Source: a virus. From it: DNA of 64,000 nt. Location: IMG/VR virus record IMGVR_UViG_3300043539_001773. One strand, given 5' to 3'. Under the pieces are notes generated by a model. It worked only from the letters and a program-made list of their open reading frames with translations. It made no database searches and had not been told where the DNA came from. How positions within the stretch are numbered: the first letter of the stretch is position 1; each line of letters starts with the position of its first letter. Below, in pieces: positions 10,770-20,293 of this stretch. Both the position numbers and the translations under genes were made by a program.

Positions 10770-11489
10770 CTACAGTTTTACGACAGTTGTTGTTCCTAGT
10801 AGAGTGTAATCGTGAGACACGCATACGTTTTCTAAACTCTTTAAATGTTGGTTTATTTCAGAATAAGGAGAATACTCTGCGTCAGCTTCATATAGATTTC
10901 CACCATCGTTAGCCCAAGTTATTAACATAACGCCATTATCAGCTAACATATTGAAGTAAGAAAGAACTAATGATGGATCATGTATTATATCATATGAGCC
11001 AAATGATATGAAATCAAAAGGACCGGCAGCTGATGCTTCAGCGTCTTGTCTTGAAATTACGTCATAGTCCAATTCGGCTATTTCTGCCTCTGTTAAAATA
11101 CAGCGTTCAAGAAGGTTTAATTGATAATTATTTATTAGTGTAAGCTCTGATCTGCTTGCTACAGTTTTCATGAAACTCATGCTCCATACTGAGTGTGACA
11201 ATAAGGACTTGGCCGGATTCTTAATCATGAAAGTAATTTCTTGTGGATTATCTCCATATCTATAGCCATCTGTACTTTTATGTACCGAATCTTCTCTAGA
11301 AAAAGTGTCAAAATACCACATAAAGATATCTCCACCTACTGCTATTTTTCTCTTATCCAAAGGAAGAGTATCTAAATATTCTTTAATCTTAGCAAAGTTA
11401 TCATATTCAAGCTGATTTATTTCTTCATTTGATCTATAAGGTTTTACTAGGTTGTTAATTCTAGAGAAGAAGGATTTTTCTATGCTCAT
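10770..11489 (-). CDS. Hypothetical protein, possibly methyltransferase-like fold
   Basis: GPFDFI...FNMLADNGVMLI resembles class I MTase motifs; no clear SAM-binding GxG. Confidence 0.35.
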   Translation of the reverse strand: MSIEKSFFSRINNLVKPYRSNEEINQLEYDNFAKIKEYLDTLPLDKRKIAVGGDIFMWYFDTFSREDSVHKSTDGYRYGDNPQEITFMIKNPAKSLLSHSVWSMSFMKTVASRSELTLINNYQLNLLERCILTEAEIAELDYDVISRQDAEASAAGPFDFISFGSYDIIHDPSLVLSYFNMLADNGVMLITWANDGGNLYEADAEYSPYSEINQHLKSLENVCVSHDYTLLGTTTVVKL

Positions 11490-11490
11490 A

Positions 11491-11793
11491 TTATGCGGCT
11501 CCTAATGCTATTTGGCGCATCCACCAAAATCTTCTAATGGTAGATACAATTAAAGTTCTTTGACTTCTTAAAATTGCAACTACTGGTTCGTCTCTATACG
11601 TTTGTTCTTGTTGCGAGTTTGGAGTTCCAATAGGGGTAATTTCTTGGTTAATCAAATTAAATGTTCTTGCTTGAGAAATGATTTCATCAATAGATAGAAT
11701 ATCCATATCTTCTGCTGTAAGACCAATTATGTATAATTGTAAAGCCAAGACTGACTCTATGTATTCAAGATCTTGTTCTGCATTATAGGTCAT
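11491..11793 (-). CDS. Hypothetical protein
   Basis: Tightly packed operon ORF. Confidence 0.55.
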   Translation of the reverse strand: MTYNAEQDLEYIESVLALQLYIIGLTAEDMDILSIDEIISQARTFNLINQEITPIGTPNSQQEQTYRDEPVVAILRSQRTLIVSTIRRFWWMRQIALGAA

Positions 11794-11795
11794 AT

Positions 11796-11990
11796 TTACT
11801 CTTCTTCGTCATCGTTGTTAATTGAAAACCCTGTAAAAAATCTGTCTGTTTTTATCTTACTTGCTTTAAGAATCTGGCATTGAAATTCAACTCCGTCTGG
11901 AAATGTAAAGATGCCAGCTGCCTTAGAAAACGTTGGAACTAAATCATCATTGGTATCGGACTCAGAATTGTCAATAATATTGTCCGCCAT
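11796..11990 (-). CDS. Hypothetical acidic protein
   Basis: Tightly packed operon ORF. Confidence 0.5.
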   Translation of the reverse strand: MADNIIDNSESDTNDDLVPTFSKAAGIFTFPDGVEFQCQILKASKIKTDRFFTGFSINNDDEEE

Positions 11991-11993
11991 AAG

Positions 11994-12233
11994 TTATTGT
12001 TCCAATAGTTTTAGAGAAGCTATTTGATTAAATAATGAATTAAAACTAGCAGTTGTTGAAGTTGATAGCGTTCCAGTAATTGATGAAAGTGCAATAAGTT
12101 CACCAACGTTTGAAACTTCAAGAGCGCTTTCTGGATCTACCGATAACAGATACGATAATGTGTATATCGATTTTTCTAGATATACTGCAGCTTTGTTTTT
12201 CATTTCTTGTTTTTGCAAATCATTCACAGCCAT
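11994..12233 (-). CDS. Hypothetical protein
   Basis: AAGGAG SD upstream. Confidence 0.55.
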   Translation of the reverse strand: MAVNDLQKQEMKNKAAVYLEKSIYTLSYLLSVDPESALEVSNVGELIALSSITGTLSTSTTASFNSLFNQIASLKLLEQ

Positions 12234-12244
12234 TTCTTACTCCT

Positions 12245-12499
12245 TTAGGATAGTTCTGCTATTTTTGCATCTATGCTAGCGATACGTGCTAATCCGGATG
12301 TGATACTGGACTTCATTCCATAACCGGGATCATCATCAATTGAGGATGCTACTGGATCAAAATTCCAAGTAGACATATCGTAAGTATCTGGATCAAATCC
12401 TAATTTTGCAATATTCTTATAAATCTCTGCTTGAAAATCTGCTTTAGCAGAATTTAAGCTTCTTAATTTTTCTGCTTGCGTAACTAACGAAAATGACAT
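12245..12499 (-). CDS. Hypothetical protein
   Basis: GAGG SD and TTACTATAT motif upstream. Confidence 0.55.
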   Translation of the reverse strand: MSFSLVTQAEKLRSLNSAKADFQAEIYKNIAKLGFDPDTYDMSTWNFDPVASSIDDDPGYGMKSSITSGLARIASIDAKIAELS

Positions 12500-12541
12500 T
12501 GTGCCTCACTTCTTTGGTAAAAATGTATGATGATATAGTAA

Positions 12542-13246
12542 CTAGTTATTGGGATTGTTTAACTTTAAAAGTCCAGAATTTGCTGGACCAATTCTGTTGC
12601 CTTTTTCGTCTAAACCAGTTCTGATGCCTTTCATCCAAGTCCAAGGTTCATCTTGGTTTTTCTTCATTTTAGCAGCTCCATAAGCTGCGCGCGCGTTCAT
12701 TAATTCTGGCTTGTCCCAAAGATTATCTACTTTAAACTCAACTGATTCAAGAAGATCACTTTTAAAAATATTAAAAAACATAAACGGTGTTCCTGCTTCA
12801 AATGTCACTGGCTCACCTATTTTATTAATAGCCCAATTCATTTGAAATTCATCTGGCCACCAACTACTTGGTATGATTGCACTAAGGGGAGATGCTCCGT
12901 CAACCATATAGTTTGGAGAACCACCAATCCAAGTTTCGTAACCTTCTTCGGTTCCAAATGCCCATCCAACTGAAAAAGAAACCATACCAATAATTCCGCC
13001 ATAGGCAAGTGCTCTACCCATATATTCTTCACCGCTAAGAATCTTTACATTGCTATTCCCGCCATCCCATTGAACTACTACATCTTGCGGAAGTATCAAT
13101 TCCCACCCATGTACGTTGGCTGTAGTCATAGGAAGACACTGATACGCATGTTTTTTATATGTGTTATCCATCCAATCTCTTTTAACCCTAGACTGGACTA
13201 TCTGTGGTGGGTTTTGATGAGTCTTAGTTAAAGTAACTTGTGTCAT
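12542..13246 (-). CDS. DUF6065 family protein
   Basis: RDWMD...HAYQCLPMTTANVHGW...W.P..F.MNW pattern. Confidence 0.7.
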   Translation of the reverse strand: MTQVTLTKTHQNPPQIVQSRVKRDWMDNTYKKHAYQCLPMTTANVHGWELILPQDVVVQWDGGNSNVKILSGEEYMGRALAYGGIIGMVSFSVGWAFGTEEGYETWIGGSPNYMVDGASPLSAIIPSSWWPDEFQMNWAINKIGEPVTFEAGTPFMFFNIFKSDLLESVEFKVDNLWDKPELMNARAAYGAAKMKKNQDEPWTWMKGIRTGLDEKGNRIGPANSGLLKLNNPNN

Positions 13247-13249
13247 AAA

Positions 13250-13849
13250 TTAGATTGTATCATCCAACAATACTTCTATTGCAGCTTTGATATTTATAAG
13301 AGCTTGTTCTGCGTTAGTTTTTCTTTCTCCTGCATTAAACGCTAAGTCTAACAAATCAGAATTACAAAAACGGAGCATTTTTTTTCCATCTCTACCTATG
13401 ATTATTTTTTCAAAATTACCTTGAATTGGGTCTTTACCATCTTGAATTAGCTTGTAAAAAGGATGCTGTTCTACGTCGGCCTTTGGCTCTGGAGCAATAC
13501 CTACCAACTCACTGAATGGAAGATCTGTCTTATACAATTCTTTCATATGGTCCCTCATGTGAACTGGGCTTGCATTAGATTCCTTAAACGCACCGTAGGC
13601 ATCTTCGCAGAAATCTGTACTTGGGACAGCTAATACTTCAAAACCTAAATCTTTATATTCTTTATATAGATTCTCAATAATTGGATATTGAGCAGAATTT
13701 GCACACTCTCCAGTTACGTTGACTATCATTGTTACCTTACCTTTATTCTTGGCAAGGATGTTTTCCTCACCATCCAATGACGATAGTGGAATATCATACA
13801 CTGATGACTCAAAGCGTTCTAAACTTGGTAATTCATTTTTTTCAAACAT
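13250..13849 (-). CDS. Glutathione peroxidase family protein
   Basis: KGKVTMIVNVTGECANSAQY...GFEVLAVPS..F...NFEKIIIGRDG. Confidence 0.85.
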   Translation of the reverse strand: MFEKNELPSLERFESSVYDIPLSSLDGEENILAKNKGKVTMIVNVTGECANSAQYPIIENLYKEYKDLGFEVLAVPSTDFCEDAYGAFKESNASPVHMRDHMKELYKTDLPFSELVGIAPEPKADVEQHPFYKLIQDGKDPIQGNFEKIIIGRDGKKMLRFCNSDLLDLAFNAGERKTNAEQALINIKAAIEVLLDDTI

Positions 13850-13858
13850 AATTTCTCC

Positions 13859-14593
13859 TTATTCTGGTTGAGGATATGCGAGAGGCTGATTAGATCCTTT
13901 TGTTATACCTTTTGTCGGATCCACTTTAGAGCCATCTGCTCCATAGCCTGTCCCATACTTATGATTATTATCATTATAATCAAACATAGTAACTGCAGAA
14001 TATTTAGTGCCACTAGTAACCTTTAGGGATGAGTGCGCATATATAAAAGTGGATGGGAATAGTATGATATCTCCAGCTTGAGGTTTGAATTTAATATCAA
14101 GATATGGGAACCATAGTTCTCCGCCTTCGTAGTCGTCATTCAAATAGATCACAGAAGATACTGTGCACGTGTAGGAGAAGCCATGGTCTGCATGGACAGC
14201 AAAATGCTGACCTGGGTTGTATCTAACAAAGTTAATGGCCTCCATATAATCCATCTTAAAATTATATAAAGATTCGTAGTGAGCAAGACACTTCTTAAGG
14301 TTGGTATCTACATCATCATAGCACTTCTTAACTTCTTCAAACTCTGGAGTAAGGAACTGCCAGTGTGCAGGGCTCATTTTCAAGTCCACACAATCTCTGT
14401 ACTCTGGCATTCTTTCATTATAGCCAACCATAGCTTCTGACCATTTAAATAATTCATGAGAGCTATTGCCTATAGCTGATTCTAGTCTTTCTGGAATATT
14501 AAGTTCTCTTGGTATTGCGTTTCTGTATAAAAATATGCCAAATTTTCTATTATCTTCTACATTGTCACAAGAACCTACGTGAAAAAATTCCAT
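13859..14593 (-). CDS. 2OG-Fe(II) oxygenase, prolyl 4-hydroxylase-like
   Basis: HAD...YLNDDYEGGEL.F...H...V..G.K. Confidence 0.88.
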   Translation of the reverse strand: MEFFHVGSCDNVEDNRKFGIFLYRNAIPRELNIPERLESAIGNSSHELFKWSEAMVGYNERMPEYRDCVDLKMSPAHWQFLTPEFEEVKKCYDDVDTNLKKCLAHYESLYNFKMDYMEAINFVRYNPGQHFAVHADHGFSYTCTVSSVIYLNDDYEGGELWFPYLDIKFKPQAGDIILFPSTFIYAHSSLKVTSGTKYSAVTMFDYNDNNHKYGTGYGADGSKVDPTKGITKGSNQPLAYPQPE

Positions 14594-14666
14594 TTTACTT
14601 TCTCCTAATTATCTATTTTGTTTAGTGCTATACTATACCACACGCATATCTACTAAGGAGTGTTTT

Positions 14667-15302
14667 ATGGACTTTGATTCTGAGACTAAATCGTTAATCG
14701 AACCTGGACATTTTGGGGATTCTTCTGACAATATTATTATATTGGAAAATTTTGTTGAATTACAAGATTTAAAAATTATACAGGATTTTTTACCTACTAT
14801 CAATGAGTGGATGGATGCCGGAGAGAATACTTATTCCGAAGATGGCACATGCACCTATGACGCATCTTACTGGTCTAATCGACAGTGTAGCTTTGATATC
14901 CTTTCTAGAATTAACCTAGATGTATATAATCTGGTAGACAAATATATTTTAAAAATGAAGTATGCTTTAGAGGATAAATTTAAGGTTAAGGTAACTGTCA
15001 GACCACCAGTGATTATTAGGTGGTTTCCAGGATTAGAACAACAACCACATGCCGATAAGCAGTTGAATGATGGATCTCCAAACCCTTTCCCTACCTATGA
15101 TCTAAATTCATTAATTTATTATAATGATGATTTTGAAGGTGGAGAACTGTATTACCCACAGCACGATATCGTGGTTAAGCCAAAGCCTGGTTTAGCGGTT
15201 GCCCACCCTGGGGATATTAATTATCTTCATGGCGTCAAAAAGGTTATTAGTGGAGAAAGATTTACCACACCATCTTTTTATACTATTACAGAATTATTGT
15301 AA
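14667..15302 (+). CDS. 2OG-Fe(II) oxygenase, prolyl 4-hydroxylase-like
   Basis: HAD...YYNDDFEGGELYY...HGVKKVISGER; AAGGAG SD before ATG 14667; the only plus-strand gene in the island. Confidence 0.88.
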   Translation: MDFDSETKSLIEPGHFGDSSDNIIILENFVELQDLKIIQDFLPTINEWMDAGENTYSEDGTCTYDASYWSNRQCSFDILSRINLDVYNLVDKYILKMKYALEDKFKVKVTVRPPVIIRWFPGLEQQPHADKQLNDGSPNPFPTYDLNSLIYYNDDFEGGELYYPQHDIVVKPKPGLAVAHPGDINYLHGVKKVISGERFTTPSFYTITELL

Positions 15303-15995
15303 CTAGTTAGATATAAAACCTTCACCCTCGACCCAATCATTGTCGTTGTTGTATATTTTTGGAATTCCCTTACGCGAGGGTTTGATTTTTGGATGGAATT
15401 TGCTGCTATAATCCCACCAAGTTCCGGCTGAATACCTTAAACCTGATTTAACCACATTAACTTTATGAGCGTGCATAAATGATGATGGAAACAATATTAT
15501 ATCTCCAGCTTCTGGTTTAAATTCAAAATCCAATAATGGGAAGCCCAATTCTCCACCCTCGTAATCATCGTTTAAATATGCAAGTGCCGATACCACTGAA
15601 GAATAACTAGACCCATTATCTACGTGAGTTACGAAATGATGACCTTCACCATATTTCATAAAGTTTACTCCTTGTTTAAATGGAATTTTTAAATTATACA
15701 AATCTTTATAATGAGTGATCGCACTCAGAAAACCTCGATCAATCTCCTCATAACAGTCTTTTATTTCTTCAAATTCCGGAGTTAAGAACTGCCAATAATC
15801 TGGGTGCATTTTAAGGTCAAAACATCTTCTGTAAGTAGAAAGATCCTTACCCAGTAGATTAGTAGAATCTGTCCATTTAAATAACTCATCAGAACTATTA
15901 GCTAACACTGATTCTAATCTGTTAATTATATCCGTTCCATTTAAAATTGCATTTTTATATATATGAATTCCATGCGTGGGATTAATTATTTTCAT
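15303..15995 (-). CDS. 2OG-Fe(II) oxygenase, close paralog of 13859..14593
   Basis: Shares ELFKW, DLKM.P..WQFLTPEFEE.K.CY and YLNDDYEGGEL; start at MKIIN. Confidence 0.85.
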   Translation of the reverse strand: MKIINPTHGIHIYKNAILNGTDIINRLESVLANSSDELFKWTDSTNLLGKDLSTYRRCFDLKMHPDYWQFLTPEFEEIKDCYEEIDRGFLSAITHYKDLYNLKIPFKQGVNFMKYGEGHHFVTHVDNGSSYSSVVSALAYLNDDYEGGELGFPLLDFEFKPEAGDIILFPSSFMHAHKVNVVKSGLRYSAGTWWDYSSKFHPKIKPSRKGIPKIYNNDNDWVEGEGFISN

Positions 15996-15996
15996 A

Positions 15997-16710
15997 CTAT
16001 TTATCTTTTGGTTTTTGTATATAGCTTTCTTTTCTTTTGAAAAAAAATTTCCAAGATACATAATTTGTATAAAGCATTGGTGATATAGGAACCCAATAAA
16101 GCACAAAAGATAACATATTTCCTGATATATTAGATTTCCATTGAACTATTGAATAAACAACAAAAATAGGCAGAGGTACAATATAGGATAATATTGCCCA
16201 TAGTCTTAAATACTCTATCTTATAATATGTTTTTAATGTATTGTAAATCATATAAGGAACGCACAGACTAACTGCGAATAGCATTACAATCAGCAATTGG
16301 GCTGGTTTATTGCTGTTGAAGTTTACCGCTAAGGATAGTGCGCCAAAAAAAATTACCCCATAATGGTGGTAGGCTATATCTTTTCTAATATAATATTTTT
16401 TAGCTTTAATCAGACTAAGTATTTCTACTGCTACAAGATTCATAGACAGTGATCTCATGGGTATGTCCGGATAATTACCATGTCTAATATCCGTTATGTA
16501 ATAGTAAGTTAATCCCATTAAAGACATAACGCATTGCAGCGTCTTGATTAGATTAGAACAGGCGCCTATTTCTCCAAAATGCTTTTTACCATCTGGTCTA
16601 AGTATAGATAAAAACTTTTCATTGCTATACAGATAATTCATACTTATATAAGTAAGTACAAAGCACAGTACTGGAATAACATTATCTAGTACAAAAGGAT
16701 TTACAAACAT
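15997..16710 (-). CDS. Multi-pass membrane protein, possibly TLC-domain
   Basis: About 6 hydrophobic segments and a YHH motif. Confidence 0.45.
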   Translation of the reverse strand: MFVNPFVLDNVIPVLCFVLTYISMNYLYSNEKFLSILRPDGKKHFGEIGACSNLIKTLQCVMSLMGLTYYYITDIRHGNYPDIPMRSLSMNLVAVEILSLIKAKKYYIRKDIAYHHYGVIFFGALSLAVNFNSNKPAQLLIVMLFAVSLCVPYMIYNTLKTYYKIEYLRLWAILSYIVPLPIFVVYSIVQWKSNISGNMLSFVLYWVPISPMLYTNYVSWKFFFKRKESYIQKPKDK

Positions 16711-16773
16711 TTTTTAATTCTCCAAAATAGTAGTTGATCTACAACTACCATCTTACCACACCAACGCTTAAGA

Positions 16774-17188
16774 TTACTTAAACGATGGTGGGAAGAACGG
16801 TGGGAAGAACGGTGGGAAAAATGGTGGGAAAAACGGTGGGAACCATGGTGGGAACCATGGAGGAAAGAATGGTGGAAAGAATGGTGGAAAGAACGGTGGG
16901 AAATACGGTGGGAAATAAGGTGGAAAATAAGGTGGAAAGTACGGAGGAAAAAACGGAGCGTTTCTCTCATAGGCTATAGCAGTTCCAAGTGGGGTGACAG
17001 CAGCATCTGTTAAAGCAGTTTTAACCTTGTTTAAATCTGCCGCAACAGCCGTTGCAGTATCTACTGGAGTTCCAACGGTAAAGCCAGCAGCAGTTATTGT
17101 TGCATTAGCTGCAGAGTCAGCGGTTCCGTGCTGCTACTGTAGGTTTAGGAGCTTTTCTATTTTGCTTTTTACCATCTTCAATCGCCAT
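16774..17188 (-). CDS. PASTA-like domain + (PP[F/Y/W]F)n repeat protein; needs +1 shift at CGG (17126-17128)
   Basis: MAIEDGKKQNRKAPKPTVAA-C-GTADSAANATITAAGFTVG...TPLGTAIAYERNAPFF(PPxF)13PPSFK; 415 nt = 3n+1. Confidence 0.75.
16780..16959 (-). repeat. 12-bp tandem repeat, 15 units, encoding APFF/PPYF/PPFF/PPWF/PPSF
   Basis: Plus-strand units such as GAAGAACGGTGG with third-position variation. Confidence 0.95.
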
Positions 17189-17189
17189 A

Positions 17190-19136
17190 TTATGCTACCA
17201 TATCTCCTAGAGCAACCCATGTATCTGTTGCGCGTTTAATAAGTGTAGCAGATGACCAAGTTGTACGCAACTTGAGTCCAGGAGTACCGTTGACTGTTAC
17301 TCCAGCACCTGCTGTCAAAGTGCACTGACCAGCTCCCGTTTGAAGAACTGTAATAGTAGTTCCAATAGGAAAGGCCACTGAAGAGTTGGGTGGTACTGTT
17401 AAAGTATTTCCTGAAGCAACGCCCATTTCAACCATCTTGCCACTGTCTGCTAAGACTAATGTGTAGCTAGCTGTCTGGGCATTGGTAATTGTGTCAGTAA
17501 TAATTCTCTGGTAGTTAGTGCCATCGTTGGTGAATTCCCAACAGTCTGTTGTTTCATTCCAACGAAGAGCTACGTTTGTTGAAGTTCCGCGTTCTACTTC
17601 GATCCCAGCATTGACTGATGGAGTTCCTGCTTCATTATTATTTAATATAATGATATTATCATCAATCGTTAAAGTCTCTGTATTAAGCGTTGTTGTTGTT
17701 CCAGAAACTGTGAGATTTCCAGAAACTGTTAAGTTTCCAGCTACAGTTGGGTTTGATGTGTTCACCCAAGCTGAACCATTGTATGAAAGAACTTGATTGG
17801 TTGCTGCTGTAGTAATTGTTACATCAGATAGGTCTGTAATGCCTAATGTTTCGGTGATTACAGCATTGATCCAAGCTGAACCGTTATACTTAAGAAACTG
17901 ACCATTGGTAGCTGAAGTGATTGTTACTCCACCGATGTCATCGATGTCATTAATTGTTGGAATAGCACCCCACTCAAGACCAGATGTGGCTGTAGAGTTC
18001 GCCTTCAAATAATATCCATCAGTACCAGCAGCTAAACGGGCGACTGTATTGTCCGCTGATCCAACAACAAGATCACCCTTAGCATCAATTAGTGATTTCA
18101 ATACTGCGTTGTTGCCGGCATCAGAGACAGCTATTGTTGCAGCATTTTGAACAAATGCTGTAGTTGCCAATTGAGTGTTGCTAGTTGCATTTGCTGCTGT
18201 AGGAGCTGTAGGTACTCCAGTCAATGCTGGATCAGCTAAAGTTGCGTAGCCAGCGAATGATACGCTAGACGTTTCTTTACCAGATACTCTACCATAAGAA
18301 TCTACAGTTAATCCACTAATAAATGAAGTGGTATTTGCGCCAGAAGTATTTGTCTGGCTAACTGTTGCTAAATCAATACTGTCTGCGTTAATAACAATTC
18401 TTGAAGAAGAAGCAGTTGCGACATCAAGTACATTACCGGTGCTTGTTAAACCAGCACCAGCTGTAAATGTTGCAGTTCCAGTAAACTGAGCGAAGGTTAA
18501 AGAATCTGTTCCAAAAACAATTGCATTATTTGTGCCAGTTCCAGTAGTGGTCAATGTAAATCCTTGGCCACCATTATTGGTTCCACTTACTACGTAAACT
18601 GAATCACCAGTAGAAACTTGACCAGGAACACTATTATTAGAATCAGTACGACGAGTTAACACGAATGGAGTTGATACGCTACCTTGTTCGGTAATTGTGT
18701 ATATTCCGTTTTGTGTTGCGTCTGCTTGATTTTTTACTAAAATGCTTTTGCCTGTAGTTTGAGCAGAGCCGTCAACGGTTAATCTTCCGTTAGTATCGCC
18801 TGTTAATGTAGCACCTACACCCGATGTACCATTAGCGTATGTGCTAGCTGGTAAAGCTGCAGCTGTAGCAAACGCTACGGCTTCGTGCCAATTTAAACCA
18901 GCAGCTACGGTATCAACATAACCTCTTGTGGCAAGTGATGTCGAAGTAGTGCCTGCGTTTGAAGTGACAACTGAAAGAACGTTCAATGTTCCGTCTACTG
19001 CTATATTACCAACGACTGTACCAGCTGAGTTTTTAAATTCTGCTAATGGAGCGCTTGCTCCAGACGCTGCTTTGATTACGAAAGATTCATCGTATACTGT
19101 AATCTCAGGTGCGGTTTCAATTCTTAAGCGGGCCAT
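17190..19136 (-). CDS. Tail fibre/virion fibre protein
   Basis: Thr/Ala/Gly-rich; LVKNQ...QNGIY, PALTGVPTAPTA and L.YNGSAW fibre motifs. Confidence 0.75.
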   Translation of the reverse strand: MARLRIETAPEITVYDESFVIKAASGASAPLAEFKNSAGTVVGNIAVDGTLNVLSVVTSNAGTTSTSLATRGYVDTVAAGLNWHEAVAFATAAALPASTYANGTSGVGATLTGDTNGRLTVDGSAQTTGKSILVKNQADATQNGIYTITEQGSVSTPFVLTRRTDSNNSVPGQVSTGDSVYVVSGTNNGGQGFTLTTTGTGTNNAIVFGTDSLTFAQFTGTATFTAGAGLTSTGNVLDVATASSSRIVINADSIDLATVSQTNTSGANTTSFISGLTVDSYGRVSGKETSSVSFAGYATLADPALTGVPTAPTAANATSNTQLATTAFVQNAATIAVSDAGNNAVLKSLIDAKGDLVVGSADNTVARLAAGTDGYYLKANSTATSGLEWGAIPTINDIDDIGGVTITSATNGQFLKYNGSAWINAVITETLGITDLSDVTITTAATNQVLSYNGSAWVNTSNPTVAGNLTVSGNLTVSGTTTTLNTETLTIDDNIIILNNNEAGTPSVNAGIEVERGTSTNVALRWNETTDCWEFTNDGTNYQRIITDTITNAQTASYTLVLADSGKMVEMGVASGNTLTVPPNSSVAFPIGTTITVLQTGAGQCTLTAGAGVTVNGTPGLKLRTTWSSATLIKRATDTWVALGDMVA

Positions 19137-19170
19137 ATTACTCCTAGTGTGGGTTTTAAAACAACTAGGG

Positions 19171-19180
19171 ATATAGTAAT
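19171..19180 (-). promoter_or_regulatory. Putative late promoter motif RTTACTATAT (representative copy)
   Basis: Further copies at 143, 4371, 4803, 12533, 27022, 35497, 39236, 42048, 57212 and 58684, mostly 26-35 nt upstream of starts. Confidence 0.7.
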
Positions 19181-19195
19181 GGGTTAGTTAAAGAA

Positions 19196-20002
19196 TTATT
19201 GTGTTATTCTCTTTAAAAATTCTAACATTTTTCCCGTATATTTAATACGCCCAAAATGGGTTAAGTTAATAGTTGGATCAACCCAAATTTTTCCGCCCAT
19301 CTTCTGCCAGTATCTACAGAAGCCGTAATCCTCAGACAAAAATCTTCCGTCATCATCTACATAAGAATTAAATAAAGCGTAGGCGTTTTCTATCTCTCCC
19401 CCATGCAAAGCGCCTGTATCATCTTTGTATTTTAACTTTTTATACTTCTTAAACATCTTGTCAAATACTTGACGCTTGATAAGCATAAAACCAGTCCCGG
19501 CTTCGTAGCATTCGATTGCTCCGTTATCAATATTTAATTGATTCTCACCTGGCTTTGTCATATGCACTACATATCTGCTGGCATATTCCATGAGGTCTTG
19601 GGCTGACATATCTGCTTGTGCAGCTTCTTTTACTTTGTCCCAATTGATTTCCTTGATTGGGTAAGACGCAGTCATAACATCTTTATCATGCCACAAAAGT
19701 TTTAATATAGCTTCTTTATCAAATTGAAGATCGACATCTATAAATACCATGTGGGTAAAGTCTGGACTGCCCATGAACTTGGCAACAAGATTATTTCTTG
19801 CGCGGTTGATCAAAGAATCAGATATTGTGCAGACTGAATACTTTAAACCTATTTCTTTAAAATAGAGACAAGCTTGCAAAAAGCTCATCATAAAAGGTTC
19901 TGTTACATGTGAGTCATAACAAGGAAGTGCAAAGAATACATTCCACTGTTCGAGCTTTTCTTTAGGGATTGTTATGTTGATTTGTTGTTCTTCTACAGGC
20001 AT
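19196..20002 (-). CDS. Glycosyltransferase-like protein (GT-A fold)
   Basis: SLINRARN...THMVFIDVD...GTGFMLIKR...LSEDYGFC...GGKIWVDP. Confidence 0.7.
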   Translation of the reverse strand: MPVEEQQINITIPKEKLEQWNVFFALPCYDSHVTEPFMMSFLQACLYFKEIGLKYSVCTISDSLINRARNNLVAKFMGSPDFTHMVFIDVDLQFDKEAILKLLWHDKDVMTASYPIKEINWDKVKEAAQADMSAQDLMEYASRYVVHMTKPGENQLNIDNGAIECYEAGTGFMLIKRQVFDKMFKKYKKLKYKDDTGALHGGEIENAYALFNSYVDDDGRFLSEDYGFCRYWQKMGGKIWVDPTINLTHFGRIKYTGKMLEFLKRITQ

Positions 20003-20045
20003 AGAAATAATTATAGCATACGTTTTCTAAAAAGTCATACGAAAA

Positions 20046-20291
20046 TTAACTATTGAGAAACGCTTTTGCTTCCGATACAGAGTTTGAAAAGGTTGACTTT
20101 TGCCCGCCAGTTAAAGAACTATCTAATTTTACTAACATCAATTCTAAATGCTCGTAATTTGCCCTTATTCTAGAATCTCTAATCTCTGATGGTGCTTCTT
20201 CCATTAATGAACTCAATGTAGTAACGCTATCGTTTAAAGCCGAGATATCTTGAGCTAATTTTTCTTCTGGGGTTTCATCCATTATTCTCAT
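20046..20291 (-). CDS. Hypothetical protein
   Basis: ORF immediately after the spike gene. Confidence 0.5.
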   Translation of the reverse strand: MRIMDETPEEKLAQDISALNDSVTTLSSLMEEAPSEIRDSRIRANYEHLELMLVKLDSSLTGGQKSTFSNSVSEAKAFLNS

Positions 20292-20293
20292 AC

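Noticed and set aside
16701-16979. ORF-track His/Ser-rich and MVGR/MVER ORFs (also 28486-28845)
   Set aside because: These are alternative frames of the 12-bp repeat; third-position variation fits only the PPxF frame.
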